In this document: piece by piece, positions 1-10,676 of the stretch
Numbering within the stretch: position 1 is the first letter of the stretch
How the letters are laid out: each line of letters begins with the position of its first letter
Assembly: GCA_051294375.1 (NCBI GenBank)
Contig: CM119271.1
Span: forward strand, 5,236,832-5,300,831
From: Paraspadella gotoi
Taxonomy: Eukaryota > Animalia > Chaetognatha
Length of the DNA stretch: 64,000 bases
Direction of reading: 5' to 3'
The notes under the pieces: generated by a model
Database searches by the model: none
Seen by the model: only the letters and a program-made list of their open reading frames with translations
Told to the model about the DNA's origin: nothing
Position numbers and translations under genes: made by a program

Positions 1-358
1 TTCGTAAAGTCGCAATCCAATTAACGATATGTGAAAGATGCGCGATCCGGATATGACTGTAATCTGTAGTCAGCCATTTTAGGTACGTAAAAAAGACGCC
101 CCGTCCCGTCGCGTTTTTTTTGTTGGTATTTATCCCCCACATTTTTTTCTCGTTTTTTATTTCCGAGTTTTAAATTTTTAATATTTTCATATAATTCCTC
201 CATTTTCACATTTCGTCAATTCGCGAGTTTTCGTGAAACTAAAGAAACAAGCGACAGACCCAAATCATCGAAAACTCGACTCGAAAGAACCACGAGTCCA
301 CGACCTCAATAAGTAATGGAAAATAAAGCCGGGGATCATCTTTCCCCCTAGCTGTCGA

Positions 359-396
<38 letters not shown>

Positions 397-2359
397 GAAT
401 AAGCTCTGACGGAACAAAGCCCGAAGGGTATTCTTTTAATATATTCTTATATCCTCCTCAAGCGTTGTAGAATGATGGCAATATTTGTTAATTTATTTAA
501 GTTCTAAAAAAATCCAGACCATAAACTGCTAAGAAAATATTAACCAAAATCTTCTGGAAATCCACCCCTTCGTTTGGGAAGATTTCGCGCAGTAGAAGAT
601 TTTTTCCGAATCCGACTCCCTGGTTTTGAATAACTCTTAGATTCCGATTCGTTAGCTCTTTTTTTTACTTTTTACTTTTAAATAAAAATTTCGCCAAAAT
701 GGACTAATTCACTTTTTACCATGATTGTATGTCATATCCAAAATAGACCAAATAGAAATTGTAAAGAAAAAATTTTGGATAAGCCACTTCGAGGACACTT
801 TGCCAAAGGAGGGATTTCAAAATTTGGACTCTCGATTTGTTTGAAAGGAGGAACAAAACCTCGAGTCACGTGTATATCGTTTGTCAGATGGAAAAAATCC
901 CTTTTCATTTCTAATATTAAAATCAGAGATGGAGAGATTTTTTCTATCGAGAGCAGTCTATTTGTTGTCTTCGCTTGTTGATATCAAGATGTTTAATGAT
1001 TTGGACAAGAGAAAAAAAAATGCGAAGCCCTTCAGAGTGGCAGAACAGGATCGGAATCAAGTGTTTTTACATCGATATTTTACCAGGATATTATTTACCG
1101 AGGAGCGTGTATATTGTTTGTGCGAGTCAGGATTTGGAAGCGAAAATCTCCTTTGAAAAAGGTCTTCTCGATCTCTAAGAACGTACGTTAGACTTCCTAT
1201 TTCTCTCTCTCTCTCTCTCTTGTCGCGGGCCGCTAGTTTATCCTTCTTTTATGTTCCTCTAAAAGTCGGCCATCAATAAAGACCTGACGACGGCGATCAT
1301 CTCTTCACATTTTCTTTTATTCCTTCTCCTCCTATAACCTGCCATAGATTTTCCCGCGCTTTTTTCTTTCTCCCTCTGGTCGCCTTTTCTTTTTATTTCC
1401 CCCTTTTCTTTAAATAGATTCTTGTGCAAGCTTTTTGTCATATTTTCGCACCCTTCTGACTCGTGGGCAAATTTTTTTGAATGATTTACATTAAATTGTT
1501 ATAAAATGTAGTCTTGAATTCCAGACAATAAAACTGGAACAGGAAGTAATTTAACCAGGTTTTGTGTAGATTGCACACTCTATTTCCAGAAGACAACGCT
1601 AACGTCCCAATCCCAAACATAAAAAATATTATATTTAAATATTTAACAAAAAAATATTTTAACGAATAAATAAAATCATAAATAAAAGCTACTTTTAAAT
1701 CTATAAAAAAAAAAAGATAGTGAAACAAGTAATTTTCCAACGTTCATAACTTTACATTACCAACTAATTTTTCATCAAAGGCTTCGACAGCCAAACACTC
1801 GAGGATCAAACCCGAGACTGCAATGTTAGCTCCATTACTCCTAAGTAGAAGCCTAAGTAAAATCAAGGAGCCTTGGTGGCACCGCCAAGAGTCTTTTGAT
1901 ATCTTCTTTCCTTTTTCAAAGGGTCTCTCTCTCTCTCTCTCTCTCCTCTCTCTCTCCTCTCTCTCTCTCTCTTCTCTCTCTCCTCTCTCTCTCTCTCTTC
2001 TCCCTCTCCTCTCTCTTCCTTTTTCTCGCCACGACGTAAATCTCTTCATCGTCATCCTATCTATTATCCCTCTCTCGCCGGGCAGCCTCTCTCTGTTTAC
2101 TTCTCTTTTTCTCCGGATTTCCCTCTCTATTTGCTCCACCTTTCCTTGTTTGCTTTTTCCTTCTGCTTTAATCTCGGATGTCAGGTTCAGCAACGAATGT
2201 GACGCTTTTCTTCGCGACCGCTCAGGCGTCAGGCGTCCAGCGTCAGGCCCCGTTTTTATTCGATCGTGCCCGCGTGCCTTGAAGCCAACCACAAAGAGTT
2301 TAAATCTTTCGCCGCAGCGCCAGCGGGCAGGACTGCCTCTCAGTCGCCGCCTAACGTCA

Positions 2360-3272
2360 GGTAAACTGACCTAATGCGTCGGAAGGGCGGAGTGAAAAGT
2401 TGCGGATCAAAATTCGAATAGTTGATCGTGAACAGTCTTGGACTAAAGAAAATTGATATATAAAATTTTTTAAAAAAATGTCTCAATTTTCGCATACGCC
2501 CATATTTATACATAGTACTCACCATAGAAAATATCAAAGTTTTAAAATATTTTTTTCTGAGTTCATGTTTTTCTGATTCGAAATCCTCATAATTTTTTTT
2601 TTTCTGAAATAAAAGAGACAATTTGACAGTTAAAACGATAAAAAGATTAAACGATTTGAAACAATATGACATTTAATGAGTATTGAGCAAGACTAATTGC
2701 ACTAATGGCACTAAAAATAAAATTCAAACAATTAAGGATCATTGCGGACATTGCAAATTGGAAAAGTATTAAGTATATCAATGAAAATCATGAGTAAATA
2801 TTATCATTATGGTTCCTAACCTTTACACTAGGCCATTTGCCATTTTTTTTTTTAGTCATAGACAGAAACTTGGCAAATCCTCATAAAAAGTTGATAAAAA
2901 AAATATAAGTCTTAATCCAAAATTCTTTCTTTAAGTTAGCCAGAAATTCAAAAAAATATACTAAAATTTAATTATTGGTTAATTATAATAGCTTTTTTAG
3001 GATTGTCCCACTTAATGAAATAACTTTCTTAAAAGAGTTATATTTCCTTATATCAACTTTTCATGAGGAATTCGAATCTGCTTTTAAAAATAAGAAAAAA
3101 ACATTTTAAAATTCTGACATTTTCTATGTATAAATATGGGCGTATGCGAAAATTGAGAAATAATTTTTTTATTTTTTTATTTAAAGGTACTAGCCTGTTC
3201 GTGATCTACTATTCGAATTTTGATTCTACTTAATTTTAATATTTTTTGCTACGCTGTATTCGTCAGTTTGCC
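2360..3272. mobile_element. MITE/foldback-type non-autonomous element with long imperfect inverted arms
   Basis: Inverted matches: tctcaattttcgcatacgcccatatttatacatag (about 2481-2515) with ctatgtataaatatgggcgtatgcgaaaattgaga (3124-3158); aaaattcgaatag (2409) with ctattcgaatttt (3208); aaactgac (2363) with gtcagttt (3262). No coding capacity. Confidence 0.65.
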
Positions 3273-4579
3273 ACGCCACAGAGGAATAAAAATAACCAAG
3301 CCGATTTTGTGGTCTTCGCCCCAATTCTTGGTTTCTCGTAATCGAGGTTCTCGTTAAATCAAGATTCTCGTTAAATCGGGATTTTTCTTTCCGCGAATAG
3401 AAATGGGTCAGAAAAGATGATTCACGTCGACAGTAAATTATCCTCCAATCAAAAAGAGGAAATCATCATCTGGCGGAATTTTTCATATTGACGGTTTTGC
3501 AACTTGATGTAATAAGTGATTAGCTGGGTTTTTTTTCTACCATCAGATTTAATCTTTTGTTTAAATGAAACCATAAATTATTTTATATTTGAAAAAAAAA
3601 AACAACGAAAAAAACATTTGCCATTTTAAAGCAATTCGATTTGGCTAAAAAAAAACAAAAATTGTACATTGACCACACGATCCACGGTCCAAAATATGCC
3701 ATTGAAAGAATGGGGTGTGTCATTTATAAATACAATTATTAAAGACTCCATATTTAAAAAAAAAAACAGTTTTAATTTTCCGAGCAAAACAACTTACCAT
3801 AAACTCACCCGAATATTTCATTCCTTCTTCGTCAACTTTTCTCGTCCATCAACAAGTCTATCGAATTTGGACCCCAAAAAATCCGGAAAAATGGAGATAA
3901 ANNNNNNNNNNNNNNNNNNNNNNNNNNNNNNNNNNNNNNNNNNNNNNNNNNNNNNNNNNNNNNNNNNNNNNNNNNNNNNNNNNNNNNNNNNNNNNNNNNN
4001 NNNNNNNNNNNNNNNNNNNNNNNNNNNNNNNNNNNNNNNNNNNNNNNNNNNNNNNNNNNNNNNNNNNNNNNNNNNNNNNNNNNNNNNNNNNNNNNNNNNN
4101 NNNNNNNNNNNNNNNNNNCTCCGGGTTTTTGGAGGCATAAATGCAACGGAATCCTGGGTAATGATCTGAGGAAGAAAGAAGGAGGTAAGGAATCGGATGA
4201 ACGGCCACGAGTTGAGGTGGAGAGAGAATTCCCGGATGAGGTGGAGAACAATTCTGGGTGGTTTCGAGTGGTAGGGTGGTTATCGATGATGGAGAGTATA
4301 ATGCCGGTAGGAATGAATAGTTTAGAATGATCGAAGAAAGCGCGCGGACTATTTAATTAGCCCATATCCAAAGTAGCGTGTGGTCGGGGTTAAAGTAGGA
4401 AAATGTATTGATGAAAAGTCGTATGACTTCACAATTGGCAGCTGTGACGACATAAATATAAATGTGGTGGATGAAAAGAAAAGAGCAAGAATCGCTCCAC
4501 TTGGTGGGAAATACTTTGCGGAGAAACTGAGTATTTTTATGCTTCTTTTATGGATTCGTTGTTCTTTGTAGTTTGTAGT

Positions 4580-4627
4580 AAAGGGTAGTAAAGGGTAAAG
4601 GGTAAAGGGTAAAGGGTAAAGGGTAAA
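4580..4627 (+). repeat. (TAAAGGG)n heptamer run
   Basis: About 6 units directly visible. Confidence 0.85.
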
Positions 4628-5108
4628 CCAGAGAGAGATCGACGTAGACTCTCTAGGTTATGTACAAAAAAAGTAATTAGGGAAAGCAAGGTCGATGGGT
4701 AATCGTTCAAAAAAAAAAAAAANNNNNNNNNNNNNNNNNNNNNNNNNNNNNNNNNNNNNNNNNNNNNNNNNNNNNNNNNNNNNNNNNNNNNNNNNNNNNN
4801 NNNNNNNNNNNNNNNNNNNNACAACAAAAATTAACCTGGCAGAACGGTTTTACTGATGCGATTTATAAGGTTGAGAGATATACCGATAACGAAAAAAAAA
4901 GAGAAGCAGTTCTCGTAAAGAACACATTACACGATGCAAACTCTTCATGCTTCATGATATAATGCAAAAATATTCTTAAAACAAGAAATTTTATGCCTCC
5001 AGACTGGGACGGTCAATGCATACTGATGAAGGTCATGGTTAAAAGAGGTCGAGAGAGAGCATGAGAAAGAGAAATAGAGAGAGAGAGGAGGAGCGAGGGG
5101 GAAGAAGA

Positions 5109-5143
<35 letters not shown>

Positions 5144-6030
5144 GGTAAGAGGCCTGAAATGAGATTGATGACGTTGACAGATGGAAGAAAACTGCGGCAG
5201 AAACGTCTTAGACAAAAAGACTTCGATGGGGACAAAACTCAGAAAAGGGGGAAAGAGCGTGACGATGAGCGGCGGACGACGGGGCCTTTGCATCTCTATG
5301 AGAGCAATACCTCATTTTTTTACCCAGTTGTCAAAAGATATAACTAATATTCGGGATGAGGGTTAAGGAAAAGACTGAGTTTGAGCCTTCAAAAAAATCA
5401 AAAATAAATATTTAAGTTGAGATTAAGTTCAAGGATTAGTAAACGAAATTAGGCGCTTTCAGAAAATAAAACTTTTTTTGGTTCTTCTTGCAATCTGACA
5501 TTGTATATCACAAAAAAATTTCACTATTTATAATAAAATTAGTACTATCTATAGATTCTATACTTATTCATAAATAAGCTTTGTTTTCTCCTGACTTTGA
5601 ACTGGCTATGGTTTCTTTCAAGATAATAACTTAGCAAGATACAGTCATGATTGATTTTTTTAGCTTACCTTTGGTCCGTTTTAAAGTTTAATAAAAGCGT
5701 TAATGAAATCGTTGCAGCTAAATACGTCTGCAAATATCTCAGTCTTTTCTCCCCACATTTCATTCCAGATTCGGAAGCATCGGTTCCTGACTCTTTCCCT
5801 CTTCCTAGCAAAGGTGGAATTGATATCTCTAATCTAGAGGCATGTCAGAAGCCAGCAACCCGAAACGAAAACAAACATTTTAGCCTGAGGGAATGAGAGG
5901 ACAGACAGAGAGAAAGAAAGAGAGAGAGAGAGATAGAGAGAGAGAGAGACAAAAACAAAATAATTAGAGTGCCATTTATGGCTCCGGTTTCGAACAAGAT
6001 ATTGAAAAAAAAAATATTCGGCCATTTAAA

Positions 6031-6488
6031 AACAAGTTTGAGCAAACAATGTCGGATCTTCCCACGATCATTAGCGGTAATTAATTAATTAATTAATACA
6101 AACTATATAAACTAAAACAATAATTTAATTAATAAATAAATTAATTTGCTCCGAAATGTTTGTTTTTAGGTATTTCGTCACTGACCACGACAAAAGCAAC
6201 GACAACGATGATGGCGATTACGACTTAAAGATTGACATAAAGATTGAAAGATTAACTTGATTAAATAATCAATTAATTTATAAATAAATTGATTGATTGA
6301 CAGACGGACAGACAGACACACAGACAGACAGACAGATGGACGGACATCTTTTTTTTCATAATTTATCAAAATTCGATATTCTGACATGATATATGTTAAT
6401 GCCCGACAAGATTGAGGGGGCGGACTGACGGACCGAAAAAGTGAATTATAGAGTCGGGATCTGCTTATAAACAGATCCGACTAAAAAA
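6031..6488 (+). mobile_element. Helentron/DINE-1-like non-autonomous element, family A, copy 1
   Basis: Starts AACAAGTTTGAGCAAACAATGTCGGATCT, has an internal (GACA/GACG)n microsatellite, and ends with the hairpin GTCGGGATCTG..CAGATCCGAC followed by TAAAAAA. The 5' GTCGGATCT is inverted relative to the 3' AGATCCGAC. Confidence 0.6.
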
Positions 6489-6873
6489 GTCAGTAAGTAC
6501 GGTTGAAGAGTAAAGGTAGACGACTTCATGATAAAATATTATTCTTGAAAAATTATCAATATCAATAGAGTGTAATTCAATGGTTCGATCATTATGGTAC
6601 AAGGTAAGACAAGATGACAATTTGAAATCCGCCAATCAAAAAAATCTGCCATTTATATATTTAGTTTTTTTTCATTTTTGAAATTAATTTTGCAGTGAAG
6701 ATTAGGGCACTTTTTTTCGTATACGTTGTATGCATTTTTTTTTTTAATTCCTAAATGCCTAAATTAGTAAATGTCTGTACGACTGATCTACTGCTAAATA
6801 TTGCAAATAAAAATTTGATCGAAAAATATTTTATCCCATTTTTCCCCCCCATCAGCATCCGTGTTCCCATTTC

Positions 6874-7516
6874 TCATTTCCCATTTTTTATTTGACAATT
6901 GACATCGAATACACATTCCGGCCTATGACGAATGGGATCTTTGACACATTTGTATCCCGAGCAACAGGGTTTAAGGGAAAAGGCACAAACTTCTCCTTTT
7001 AACAAGCAACTCTGGGTCAAACCGACACTTCCGGCTTTGACAGCGACGTCGGCAGCTGCTCTGGCTCTCTCGACAACATCTGGAACTACTCTGGTTACGT
7101 TTTCCCCTTTGACTGATCCTTTGGTTCGTTGTTCCAATGGACAGGTGTCATTCATCGGTAAACATTCAGCAAAACGACTTCCCGAGGGTTTGACGCATTT
7201 GTATCCCGCGCAACAGGGTGAATTGGAAAGGGCACAATATGATAAAGTACAAAACCGGATCAAATAGGCTCCGGCTCTGGGTCCCTCAGCAAAGTCGGCA
7301 GCTAATCTGGCTCCCTTGATAACGTCAGGAACTTCTCCGACTTTGTTTTCCATTTTGACCTCGTCATCGACCTGATTCGAGACAAAAATCAAACAAAAGT
7401 CGGTGAGCCGGATTTAAATTAAATATTACTTTTCCAGTCGAACTAACATGGCGTGGCGTCAACGAATTCGCATCCGCCAAGACGATGACCGACATAACCA
7501 GCAAGAGAATCTTCAT
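6874..7516 (-). CDS. Secreted tandem (double) inhibitor-cystine-knot peptide precursor, 188 aa; exon 1 7516-7448, intron 7447-7372 (76 nt), exon 2 7371-6874
   Basis: Exon 1 encodes MKILLLVMSVIVLADANSLTPRH, a signal-peptide-like segment. The donor CAT|GTTAGT and acceptor AATCAG|GTC are both phase 0 and join in frame to ORF 6874..7392. Domain 1 is C-X4-C-X6-CC-X4-C-X10-C-X6-C and domain 2 is C-X6-C-X6-CC-X4-C-X10-C-X5-C. Each is preceded by VPDVxxxARxAADxA. The protein ends KNGK*. Confidence 0.88.
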
Positions 7517-7697
7517 TTTTCGTCGCGACGAAAAAAAGAAAAAGAAAAGGAAAAAAGATAAAAATAAGAAAAAAGGAAAAAAAAAATTGTCCCGGTGCAG
7601 CTCTAATGTCCCGCTAAAAGACTAAGCGATGAATGAACGAGACAAAAATTACCCAAGTAATGCGCATCGTTCGAATCGAAGTTCCGATCAAGATTCC

Positions 7698-7703
7698 TTT
7701 ATA
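7698..7703 (-). promoter_or_regulatory. Candidate TATA box of the knottin gene
   Basis: TATAAA(GG) on the minus strand about 185 nt upstream of the ATG, retained in the inverted re-copy near 29720. The call rests on position only. Confidence 0.4.
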
Positions 7704-8253
7704 TTTCACTTCTATTCAAAACTGAATAGTCAAGGCCCATACAAATTATATTAATATGGGCAGATTTCGAAATCTGGGGCGTCTTGGGAAGCCAATGGAG
7801 GTAGAGCGCGATCGAAATTTTTATTTTATCATGCCCAAAAATAGTATTTAAATGGACTGGTCAGACCGTCTTTTCCCTTTTTCCAAAAAAACCTGCTGGC
7901 TCTTAAGTAAAAAAAAGGACAAATCATACATATCAGGACGGTTTCGGAGAGCTTATTGTTTTCTCTACATGATGAAAAAAAGAAAAGTTAAAATTCTTGC
8001 AATCTTTATTGCTTGATAAAGCAATCAAATGAACTGCTTTTAAGGTGAAAGCTGCATAGTCAACACTTCATATTTTTTTTTGTTTTTTACTATCTATTTC
8101 ATGTACAGCGCGGGGATAAATTTAGTTTATTTATATTAAATCTCGTGCAAATAGAAAAAAAGTTCGTTTATCGCATGGTAAAGCCATTTTTAAGTGCTAT
8201 CCGGGCCGTATTTAAAACTGGTCATAGAGGTTATCTCAAAAGGACTTCAATCG

Positions 8254-8475
8254 AACAAGTTTGAGCAAACAATGTCGGATCTGCCCACGATTTTTATCGG
8301 ACGGATGGACGGACGAACGGACAGACGGACATCATTTTTTTTGCATAATTTTTCATAATTCGATATTCTGACATGATATAAGTGAATGCCCAACAAGATT
8401 GAGGGGGCGAACCGATGGACCGACAAAGTGAATTATACAGTCGGGATCTGCTGATAAGCAGATCCGACTAAAAAA
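8254..8475 (+). mobile_element. Helentron/DINE-1-like element, family A, copy 2
   Basis: Same 5' end, (GGAC)n tract and 3' hairpin as 6031-6488. Re-copied at about 17849-18150 and, inverted, at about 28840-29160. Confidence 0.6.
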
Positions 8476-8700
8476 GAAAGAAAGGGTTACAAAACAGCAA
8501 CGCCGTGTCTTGCACGTGATGTGGCCTTTAAATTCTTCATTTGCTCTCGATTAACTTTTAAAAATAAATAGAACTCTATGTATATTATATTGTATATTGT
8601 ATAACCGTTAGATTTTCTCCGTCGCGAGTCGGTCCTGTTTACTGTCTCGATAAAATTCTCAACATAATCGACTTTTACGAGGAGATTCGCCCTTCGTCAA

Positions 8701-9700
8701 CAAAAAAAACATTTTGGGCCCCAAAACTTTTTTTGTTATTTTTTCGCCATGTTTTGATTTCGTAACATTGAAATGATACACGCGTGAAACTTATTGTTAA
8801 GCCGGTATTCAAGTTTGTATTCGTAACAATAAATTCCTTACATCTCGAAAAGTCTTTTTCTCAAAATATATTTATTAACAAAAAAACATTTTGGGCCTCA
8901 AAACTTTTTTTGTTATATTTTCGCCATGTTTTGATTTCGTAACATTGAAATGATCCACGCGTGAAACTTATTGTTAAGCCGGTATTCAAGTTTGTATTCG
9001 TAATGATAAATTCCTTACATCTCGAAAAGTCTTTTTCTCAAAATATATTTATTAACAAAAAAACATTTTGGGCCCCAAAACTTTTTTTTATTTTTTTGCC
9101 ATGTTTTGATTTCGTAACATTGAAATAATGCCCGCATGAAACTTATTGTTAAGCCGGTATTCAAGTTTGTTTTTGTAACGATAAATTCCTTACATCTCGA
9201 AAAGTCTTTTTCTCNNNNNNNNNNNNNNNNNNNNNNNNNNNNNNNNNNNNNNNNNNNNNNNNNNNNNNNNNNNNNNNNNNNNNNNNNNNNNNNNNNNNNN
9301 NNNNNNNNNNNNNNNNNNNNNNNNNNNNNNNNNNNNNNNNNNNNNNNNNNNNNNNNNNNNNNNNNNNNNNNNNNNNNNNNNNNNNNNNNNNNNNNNNNNN
9401 NNNNNNNNNNNNNNNNNNNNNNNNNNNNNNNNNNNNNNNNNNNNNNNNNNNNNNNNNNNNNNNNNNNNNNNNNNNNNNNNNNNNNNNNNNNNNNNNNNNN
9501 NNNNNNNNNNNNNNNNNNNNNNNNNNNNNNNNNNNNNNNNNNNNNNNNNNNNNNNNNNNNNNNNNNNNNNNNNNNNNNNNNNNNNNNNNNNNNNNNNNNN
9601 NNNNNNNNNNNNNNNNNNNNNNNNNNNNNNNNNNNNNNNNNNNNNNNNNNNNNNNNCTTACATCTCGAAAAGTCTTTTTCTCAAAATATATTTATCAAAA
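8701..9700. repeat. Tandem array of about 178-bp units (at least 3 units plus a gap)
   Basis: The unit start caaaaaaa(a)cattttgggcc recurs at 8701, 8879 and about 9057, and the unit tail reappears after the N gap at 9657. Confidence 0.9.
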
Positions 9701-10420
9701 AAAAAAAGATTCTAGTTTCCTGTGCTGTAGTGACGCTTCTCGAAGGATGGAGTAAACGAAGGCAAACGACTCTCTTTATAATTATATGCAACTTTCCCGT
9801 CTTCGACCTGAATCGTCTTCGAATTCAATCGGGTTACATCCGGGATGTCTCCAATTCAATCGGGTTACATCCAGAACGTCTTTGTCTTCAATCGGCCTAC
9901 GACGTCTTCGGGTCTATACAGGAGTTAAATCGAGGAGGGGACTTTTTCAGCCACATTCGGTATTCTGTATTCAGTCACGTTCCGGTAAAATCTGGGTAAA
10001 TCGTAATGCATTCATCTTAGTGTCAATAACTTTCAAAGTTATTAGTATAAATGTCAATAGCCCCAAATTAAACTACATTTTCTTTAAAAGTTAATTTTTT
10101 CATCGACTGAATTATATAAAAACAGTTCACTCAGATTACATCCGGGAGTGCCCCCCGAGTGGCCCCGAAAAAAAAAATAGGAAGTTGAACGTTTGTTTTT
10201 CATTTCATCTCACGTCTGCTGTGGGAATTTGGTGTCGAAATATTATCTCTCTCTCTCTCTCTCTCTCTCATCGATCTCCATCCTCTCCTCTCTCTCTCTT
10301 CTCTCTCTCTCTCCGCTGTCACATTGCCATCGCTTGCGGGCGCGATCTGGCAAAAAAAAAAGATGACAGCTCGAGACAGAGAGATAGATTGGGCCTACCT
10401 CAAACCCTCATACCTCTGTC

Positions 10421-10463
<43 letters not shown>

Positions 10464-10612
10464 CTCTCTCTCTCTCTCTCCTCGTTTCGGCTCAATTTCC
10501 CGTCTTTATCCGCCCCTTTTTGCTCCATCATGAAAGCCCATGCTCACCGCCATTTTTGCTCCACTGCTGTCGTCGTATTAGGCCATCAGTCGGCATTGAA
10601 ACAACTATTAAC

Positions 10613-10676
<64 letters not shown>

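Noticed and set aside
1744-2374. Long ORFs rich in ER/SL repeats (also 10185, 21016, 27464, 38637, 63182 and others)
   Set aside because: They are open only because (AG)n, (CT)n and (TCG)n tracts lack stop codons.
4119-4253. Possible minus-strand exon next to a gap (also 5160-5300, 10716-10790 and 13420-13500)
   Set aside because: Open in several frames, no recognisable domain, and no phase-consistent chain could be built.
4580-4627. (TAAAGGG)n as a telomeric repeat
   Set aside because: Only about 6 interstitial units, and it is not a canonical TTAGG/TTAGGG/TTTAGGG motif.
6932-7267. 111-aa + strand ORF with an internal repeat (LTHLYP)
   Set aside because: Antisense shadow of the knottin CDS.
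8701-9700. Regularly spaced repeats (also 52830-53900 and 14750-15070) as a CRISPR array
   Set aside because: Whole units repeat with no unique spacers, there are no cas genes, and the context is eukaryotic.
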